64,000 bases of DNA from positions 1 through 64,000 of the forward strand of contig CAZYQQ010000010.1 in assembly GCA_964650265.1 (NCBI GenBank), in the 5' to 3' direction. The position numbers and the translations under genes were made by a program. Source of the stretch: an uncultured Planctomycetaceae bacterium. Its GTDB lineage: Bacteria > Planctomycetota > Planctomycetia > Pirellulales > Lacipirellulaceae. Shown piece after piece: positions 58,373 through 64,000 of this stretch; position 1 is the first letter of the stretch; every line of letters begins with the position of its first letter. The notes beneath the pieces were generated by a model that ran no database searches, was not told where the DNA came from, and saw only the letters and a list, made by a program, of their open reading frames with translations.

Positions 58373-58530
58373 GACAATCCCAGACACGCAACATTGGCGT
58401 TGCTGTCGGATGGAAGTAAATCGTTGCGACAGTTGGTGTTGCGCTGCCCGGTCTGATTTAGCGCGGCCGCCGTGGCACGGGATGAAAGGTTGACTGTCTG
58501 CGTTTGGTGCGTTTGGGCCGTGCGTTTGGG
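58373..58530. repeat. About 140-bp direct repeat, copy 2. It carries extra tandem partial copies of GACAATCCCAGACA upstream and GTTTGGGCCGTGC downstream.
   Basis: Read directly. Confidence 0.75.
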
Positions 58531-58534
58531 CCGA

Positions 58535-58588
58535 AATGGCAGGCCGCGTCCGCGCTGCGGACGATTTGGAAAATCGTCCCACAATCGG
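58535..58588. repeat. REP-like 50-bp element, copy 2 (see 164-213).
   Basis: Read directly. Confidence 0.6.
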
Positions 58589-58805
58589 CACCTCTCTTTC
58601 GTGCTGTTAACGCGGCATGCTCCGGGGCCTCACGGCCCCAGCTCTGAAGTGCGGATGAGAGAGGGGGGGACAACCCCTTCAAGCGGGTGACTGAAGTCGG
58701 CGGGTGGACCGGGGAGTGGGGCCCTGGGTCTCAAGCACGAAGTTCCTGGTCGTGCAATCGCCGACATCCCGCAAGAGTGGTTGTCCCCCCAGGCACAGTA
58801 CGAAG

Positions 58806-58880
58806 GAGAAAAAGGTGTCAGGACCCTTTTGCTGCAAGCTAAGCGATGGGGTCGAAAAAAGGGTCCTGACACCTTTTTCT
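58806..58880. repeat. Paired-palindrome element, second family member (arms AAAAAGGTGTCAGGACCCTTTT, spacer with GCAAGCTAAGCGAT). It lies just 3' of the DUF1501 gene.
   Basis: Same architecture as 53077-53160. It could also act as that gene's terminator. Confidence 0.65.
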
Positions 58881-58887
58881 CTTTTTC

Positions 58888-60294
58888 TCAGGCAAATATC
58901 TCGCGGGCCACGTTGCCCGCCACGTCGGTCAGGCGGAAGTCGCGGCCGGCGTAGCGATAGGTGAGTGACTCGTGGTCGAGTCCCATCAGGGCCAGCAGGG
59001 TGGCATGCAGGTCGGTGGTGTGCATTTTGCCCTCGGTGGCGTGGAGCCCGTACTCATCGGTCGCGCCGTGGGTGAAGCCGGGCTTCACGCCGGCACCGGC
59101 AAGCCACATCGGATAGCCGGTGATGTTGTGATCGCGGCCATCGGGTCCCTGAGCGGTCGGCAGTCGGCCGAACTCGCTCCCGAACAGGACGAGCGTTTCC
59201 TCGAGCAGGCCCCGCTCCTCGAGATCGGCAAGCAGGGCCGCGGTCGGCTGATCGGTGGCCCGCGAGTTGCGAATGAGCCCGTTATGAAGGTCGGTGTGCT
59301 GGTCCCACCCGGGATGGCAGATCTCGACGAACCGGACCCCCGCCTCGCTGAGCCGCCGGGCCATGAGGCACTGCCGACCGAAGCTCGCCGTGGCGGGTGA
59401 GTTGACTCCGTAGGCCTCGAGTGTGCCGGCCGATTCGCGCGACAGGTCGAGCAGGCCGGGGACCGCCGTTTGCATTTTGAAGGCGAGCTCGTACGACTCG
59501 ATCACCCCGTTGAGATGGTCGGGGGCATGGGGAGTCGCCGCCAGGTCGCGGTTCATCCGTTGAACCAGGTCGATCTGTTTACGTTGGAGCACGGCATCGG
59601 TCCGCGGCCGCAGGTTCGGGACGTAACCGGCATCGTTGATCCTCAACCCCTGGTAGTAAGCGGGCAGGAACGCGCTGCCGTAGTTGGCCGCGCCCCCAAA
59701 GCCGGGCGGGGGATTGATGGTGACGTAGCCGGGAAGATCCTGGTTCTCGGTGCCAAGGCCGTACAGGAGCCAGGAACCCATCGAAGGTCGCGTGAGTGTG
59801 ACGAGCGCCGTCCCCGTGTGGAGTTGCATCACCGCTTCGGGATGGGCCGGGGTGTCGGTGTGCAAACCCCGTAGGAAACAGAACTTGTCGACGTGCTCCG
59901 CCGTGTGGGGAAAAAGTTCCGAGACCCACCTCCCGGTCTGACCATGCTGGGCAAACCGGAACTTCGACGCCGTGAGGGTTCCTCCCCCTGGTCCCGATTT
60001 GCCATGATCCTGCTGCAATTTTGGTTTGTACTCCCACGTGTCCATTTGGGAGATCGCCCCCTGCATGAACAGGAAGATGATCCGCTTGGCCTTCACCGGA
60101 AACTCGGGGGGCTTCGGCGCGAGGGGACCGGGTGCTCCCTGCGAGGGGGACGCGGCGGTGGCGGATCGACCGAACATTCCGGCAAGGGCCAGGTAACCAA
60201 ACCCGGCACTCGCCGACTTGAGGGCCGCGCGGCGCGACAGTAGCGAACTCGTTGGAGTTGCATGGGAATTCACTCGGTTCATTTGGTTCTCCAT
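58888..60294 (-). CDS. DUF1501 sulfatase-like protein with a Tat signal.
   Basis: SRRAALKSASAGFGYLALAG twin-arginine signal. DUF1501-typical body. Paired with the downstream PSD1-type gene. Confidence 0.85.
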   Translation of the reverse strand: MENQMNRVNSHATPTSSLLSRRAALKSASAGFGYLALAGMFGRSATAASPSQGAPGPLAPKPPEFPVKAKRIIFLFMQGAISQMDTWEYKPKLQQDHGKSGPGGGTLTASKFRFAQHGQTGRWVSELFPHTAEHVDKFCFLRGLHTDTPAHPEAVMQLHTGTALVTLTRPSMGSWLLYGLGTENQDLPGYVTINPPPGFGGAANYGSAFLPAYYQGLRINDAGYVPNLRPRTDAVLQRKQIDLVQRMNRDLAATPHAPDHLNGVIESYELAFKMQTAVPGLLDLSRESAGTLEAYGVNSPATASFGRQCLMARRLSEAGVRFVEICHPGWDQHTDLHNGLIRNSRATDQPTAALLADLEERGLLEETLVLFGSEFGRLPTAQGPDGRDHNITGYPMWLAGAGVKPGFTHGATDEYGLHATEGKMHTTDLHATLLALMGLDHESLTYRYAGRDFRLTDVAGNVAREIFA

Positions 60295-60484
60295 AAAAAA
60301 CCACAGAGCACACGGAGCGACACGGAGGAAGGGAGAATAACGCGGAGACGCAGAGACACGGAGATGTTATTGGCGGGGCGGAGCAAGTCCTGTCGCCTGA
60401 GTTATTGAAATAATGAAGGGGACGATTCGATTCAAAACCCGCTCGTTGATCTCCGTGTCTCTGCGTCTCTGTGTTGAAATCCTT
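60295..60484. mobile_element. MITE-like element, inverted homologue of 56459-56635, carrying extra CACGGAG-type internal repeats.
   Basis: The ends ATAAAAAAC.. and ..GTTGAAATCCTTG, and the core CACGGAGATGTTATTGGCGG / CAAAACCCGCTCGTTGATCTCCGTGTCTC, match the reverse complement of the 56.5-kb element. Confidence 0.55.
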
Positions 60485-60521
60485 GCGCCTCGCAGTAGGT
60501 GCATTGGTATTGAAGTATTAC

Positions 60522-63167
60522 CTATCTTGCGTAGCGAAATTCGACCGAGCCCAAGAGGGCCTGGCAAAAGCTCGCCCACGCGGCGGTGTGGGGGTCGACC
60601 GGGCCCAGCGACTCTTCGACCACGGGGGCTTCGACCGGAACGATCTGGTCGGGATCGAGCGGGGGGTCGTCTGCACCCGGCGATGGGGAGCTGCCGGCCT
60701 TCGCGGCGGCAATCGGTTCCGATGTCGCCGCAAGGGTATTCGCCGCGATGGCCCCTGCCTGCTCGGCGTCGCGAGCGGCCAGTTCGTACTCGGCAAGGTA
60801 TCCGGCCGCGCGCTGCAACTCGGTTTCGGTCGGCTCCCGGCCCAAGGTGAGCCTGTAGGCTAGCTTCACACGCTCGGAATCGGTGGAAACTTCCGACAAA
60901 AGTCGCCGCGCCATGTTGAGCGACTCGCGACGCACGAAGGGATCGTTCAGCAGATAGAGGGCCTGGGTGGCGACGACGGTCACGTCGCGGCTGCCGGTCA
61001 CCATCCCCTGCTCGGCAAAGTCGAACACATGGAGCGACGTCGGGGTCAAACCGCGAACCAGCGGCAAGTAGAGGCTGCGATGGGTGCTTGCCCGTCCCCG
61101 CTCCTCGATTCGCCGGGCAAGGCGGCTGGTGTTCTGCAATTCGACCACTTTGAGCTCTCCCGCGAGCGATCCCTCCGGTCGGGCGAGATCGAGCCGGCCA
61201 GAGGCGGCGAGCATCGCATCGCGAATCTCCTCCGCGTCGAGCCGGCGCGGGTTGTGCCGCCAGTAGTGGCGATTCGCGGGGTCCTTTATCTGGTTCTCGG
61301 CCACGACCGACGAATCGAGCCCGTAGGTGCGGCTGAGGACAATCTGGCGAATGAGCCGTTTGGTCGACCATCCTTCCTCGGTAAAACGAGCCGCCAAGTA
61401 GTCGAGCAGTTCCGGATGGGAGGGGGCATCTCCCGTGACCCCGAAGTTGTCGACACTCGCCACCAAACCCCGGCCGAACAGATGCTGCCAGACGCGATTG
61501 ACAATCACTCGCTGTGCGAGGGCGTTCTCTTGGTGTGTGAGCCACTGGGCAAGTTCGAGCCTGCCACTCTGTTCGCTCGGTATCACCAGCTCGTGCGCGA
61601 AATTGGGAATATCGAGCAGCCCGCGCGGTACGACCGGACCAAGTTGTTCCGCTTCGCCACGGATGCGGACCTCGGTGTCGGCGATCCGCGACGCCTCGCG
61701 AACCCCCATCGCCGCCCCTCCTCTGAAAGTGGGGTCGGTGAGGGAGAGGAGTTCGGCCTGAAGCCGCTCCATTTTGAGTCGGTAGGGACGTTGCTTGGGG
61801 CGGCCGTTCGGTCCCTTGGCGAGACCTTCGGGGGTGCCGCGGATGGCGAGCCATTCGCGCCGCGCTTGCTCGAAGGCTTTCTGAACCCTGGCAATCCTAG
61901 CCGGATCGACCTCGACCGGATCCGACTCGAGCGCGATCAGGCTTTCGGGATTGTAATAGTCGAGACCTCCGCCCCCCATCTTGTTACGAACCCCAGCGCA
62001 CAAGTCGGTACTCTTGAAAATCCCGGCGAGGGCGTAGTAGTCGGTGGTGGCAATCGGATCGAACTTGTGGTCGTGGCAACGGGCGCAGCTTACCGTGAGG
62101 CCGAGGATCGAGCGACTCACCGTGTCGATCTGCTCGTCGATGTTGTCCATCACGAAGCGAACCTTGAACCGCTGATTCACATCCTTGACCCCCACGGCGA
62201 GAAAACCGGTCGCCACGAGATGCTCCTCGCGCTCCTCCACCGTCTCGGCGGGGAGCAGGTCCCCGGCAATCTGCTCCCGCACAAACTCGTCGTATGGCTT
62301 GTCGTCGTTGAAGGCGTCGATCACGTAATCGCGATACCGCCAGGCGTGCGGGAAGGGAAGATTCCGCGACGAGCCGGTCGATTCTCCGAACCGGGCCACG
62401 TCGAGCCAGTGGCGTCCCCATCGCTCGCCGAATGCCGGCGAGGCGAGCAATCGATCGACGACTTTCGTGAAGGCCGCGGGAGTATCGTCCTTCACGAAGT
62501 CGTCGATCTCACGTGGGGTCGGGGGAAGACCCGTCAGATCGAAAGTCACGCGGCGGAGGAGCGGAACCTTGTCGGCATCGCCGACCGGTTGGAGTCCCTC
62601 TGCCTGGTGTCGCTCCCAGATGAACCGGTCGATGTCGTCGCGAGGCCAGGGATCGCCAGACTCGGGGGGGGCCACCTGCTGCAAGGGCTGCCACGCCCAA
62701 TGGTCGCGTTTCAGCCGCTCGTACCGCTCTGTCGGAACACTGGCAACATGGTGGGCATGCGCGAGTGGCGTCCAGTGAGCCCCCTCCTTGATCCAGCGCG
62801 TGAGATCGGCGATCTCGTCGTCGCTGAGCCGCTTCTCGGGGGGCATCTGGAGCCCCTTCATCTCGTGGCTCACCGCCCGCAGGATCAGGCTCCCCTCGGG
62901 ATCGCCGGCGACCACGGCCGGGCCGCGGTTGCCTCCCTCCAACAGGCCGTTGCGATCGTCGACGCGCAGCCCGCCGCGGGCATTGGTATTGGCCGAATGG
63001 CAGTTGTAGCAGTTGGCGACGAGCAGCGGCCGAATCTTGGTTTCGAAAAACTCGATCCGCTGCTGGTCGATCTTCACTTCCTCGGCACGCGCGAATGCGG
63101 CTGGAAGAGCCAGTATCGTCGCGACCAGCGCGAACCAGAGGTGCCGAGAGTGGCCAGTCGTGCTCAT
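60522..63167 (-). CDS. Planctomycete PSCyt1 + DUF1549 + DUF1553 protein (PSD1 family).
   Basis: N-terminal signal and CxxCH heme motif (ANCYNCHSAN). Long DUF1549/DUF1553 body. Classic pairing with DUF1501. Confidence 0.85.
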   Translation of the reverse strand: MSTTGHSRHLWFALVATILALPAAFARAEEVKIDQQRIEFFETKIRPLLVANCYNCHSANTNARGGLRVDDRNGLLEGGNRGPAVVAGDPEGSLILRAVSHEMKGLQMPPEKRLSDDEIADLTRWIKEGAHWTPLAHAHHVASVPTERYERLKRDHWAWQPLQQVAPPESGDPWPRDDIDRFIWERHQAEGLQPVGDADKVPLLRRVTFDLTGLPPTPREIDDFVKDDTPAAFTKVVDRLLASPAFGERWGRHWLDVARFGESTGSSRNLPFPHAWRYRDYVIDAFNDDKPYDEFVREQIAGDLLPAETVEEREEHLVATGFLAVGVKDVNQRFKVRFVMDNIDEQIDTVSRSILGLTVSCARCHDHKFDPIATTDYYALAGIFKSTDLCAGVRNKMGGGGLDYYNPESLIALESDPVEVDPARIARVQKAFEQARREWLAIRGTPEGLAKGPNGRPKQRPYRLKMERLQAELLSLTDPTFRGGAAMGVREASRIADTEVRIRGEAEQLGPVVPRGLLDIPNFAHELVIPSEQSGRLELAQWLTHQENALAQRVIVNRVWQHLFGRGLVASVDNFGVTGDAPSHPELLDYLAARFTEEGWSTKRLIRQIVLSRTYGLDSSVVAENQIKDPANRHYWRHNPRRLDAEEIRDAMLAASGRLDLARPEGSLAGELKVVELQNTSRLARRIEERGRASTHRSLYLPLVRGLTPTSLHVFDFAEQGMVTGSRDVTVVATQALYLLNDPFVRRESLNMARRLLSEVSTDSERVKLAYRLTLGREPTETELQRAAGYLAEYELAARDAEQAGAIAANTLAATSEPIAAAKAGSSPSPGADDPPLDPDQIVPVEAPVVEESLGPVDPHTAAWASFCQALLGSVEFRYAR

Positions 63168-63368
63168 CGTAGTCGTGACACCGTGCAGGGAATTGGAGAG
63201 GAATCGGGTAAGTCGAGCGACAGTTGAACTTCCATCGTAGGGTAGGCTTCCAGCCTGCCATTTGTTGAAAAACTCGGCAGGCTGGAAGCCTACCCCACGA
63301 GGATTTGCAGGTAAGTTCTCATCTGTTGTTCGCCTAGGAATATGTCGTACGGTCGCGCCAGTTTGTCG

Positions 63369-64000
63369 TCAGAGCGCCTGCTGTGCTCTTCGCTGACGAC
63401 GTGGCCCTTGCCTTACTTTTCCATCGTCAGTGATGTTCTCGTTCTTGGTCGGCATCGGTGCCTTGATCTCTTCGCGCCACGAGGTGAGTTTGTCGTGAAG
63501 TTCCTTAACCCGTCCGGTTTCGCGCGCCGCGCGGTTGTCTTGTTCGCTCACGTCTTCACGCAGGTTGTAGAGTTCCAGGCGCCCCTCCTCGTGATACTCG
63601 AGTAGTTTCCAATCGCCAGCACGCACAACGCTCACCGGCGTGGTTCGCCACTGCCCTGGGCCCGCGCCGAGGTAACCGGGGAAGTGCCAGAAGATGGCGT
63701 CGCGAGCCAATGTCTCTCGCTCCCCCTTGAGCAGCGGCAGATAGCTCTCCCCATCGAGTATGTAGTCATCCGGTGGAGTCGCACCGGCCACGTCGAGCAG
63801 GCTCGGATAGAGATCAACCGAGTTGATCGGGGTGTTGTTCACTCCCCCGGCCGGAATCGTCCCAGTCCAACGGAAGAGGTAGGGAACACGAATCCCCCCT
63901 TCAGCAAGCGTTCCCTTTCCCCCCTTGAGCGGGGCATTATCGGTGATGCCATCCCGATCGAGTCCCACGCGCCGGTAGCCCCCCACGCCACCGTTGTCGC
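63369..64000 (-). CDS. Sulfatase (C-terminal part). The gene continues beyond the window end.
   Basis: Sulfatase signature LKGGKGTLAEGGIRVP. The frame stays open to position 64000. Confidence 0.75.
   Translation of the reverse strand, partial: DNGGVGGYRRVGLDRDGITDNAPLKGGKGTLAEGGIRVPYLFRWTGTIPAGGVNNTPINSVDLYPSLLDVAGATPPDDYILDGESYLPLLKGERETLARDAIFWHFPGYLGAGPGQWRTTPVSVVRAGDWKLLEYHEEGRLELYNLREDVSEQDNRAARETGRVKELHDKLTSWREEIKAPMPTKNENITDDGKVRQGPRRQRRAQQAL

Noticed and set aside
61029-63227. 732-aa plus-strand ORF opposite the PSD1-family gene.
   Set aside because: Antisense to a gene with a CxxCH motif and DUF1549/1553 body.
1-64000. tRNA, rRNA and CRISPR arrays.
   Set aside because: I scanned intergenic regions for GTTCGA(A/G)TCC-type T-arm signatures, regularly spaced direct repeats and rRNA-like conserved blocks. 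I found nothing I could support without a covariance-model search.

Overview
This is a high-GC (roughly 60-67%) chromosomal segment that reads as Planctomycetes-like. The evidence is a PSCyt1/DUF1549/DUF1553 + DUF1501 gene pair, an ELWxxDG-type repeat giant protein with a dockerin-like tail and an N-terminal 'LEQRHLLAA' motif, PEP-CTERM tails, a giant TPR protein and a sulfatase. The six-frame track is full of long antisense 'shadow' ORFs that I do not call.

Supported housekeeping genes are rpmA-obg, a J-domain membrane protein, a metallophosphoesterase, signal peptidase I, an acyl-AMP ligase, a flotillin/NfeD pair, class II fructose-bisphosphate aldolase, a DtxR/MntR-family regulator, an alpha/beta hydrolase, purE-purK, and an ABC (ATPase + FtsX permease + HlyD) exporter.

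The most interesting content is accessory:
- A low-GC island at about 46.6-52.3 kb carries an MmeI-like (Type IIL/IIG) single-polypeptide restriction-modification enzyme. Immediately downstream is a tightly packed pair of unrecognisable genes. This pair is the best candidate here for an undescribed defense or accessory module.
- A second low-GC islet at 56.4-58.9 kb holds an orphan SUKH-1/SMI1-KNR4 immunity-type gene bracketed by 140-bp direct repeats.
- At least five families of structured repeats occur: 85-bp paired-palindrome elements, a roughly 415-bp nested foldback, roughly 180-bp MITE-like elements with a 12-bp flanking duplication, a 50-bp REP-like hairpin, and a TCAGG-rich insertion footprint.
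- Two PEP-CTERM modules appear to be fused in one frame.

I found no rRNA, tRNA or CRISPR arrays that I could support by eye.
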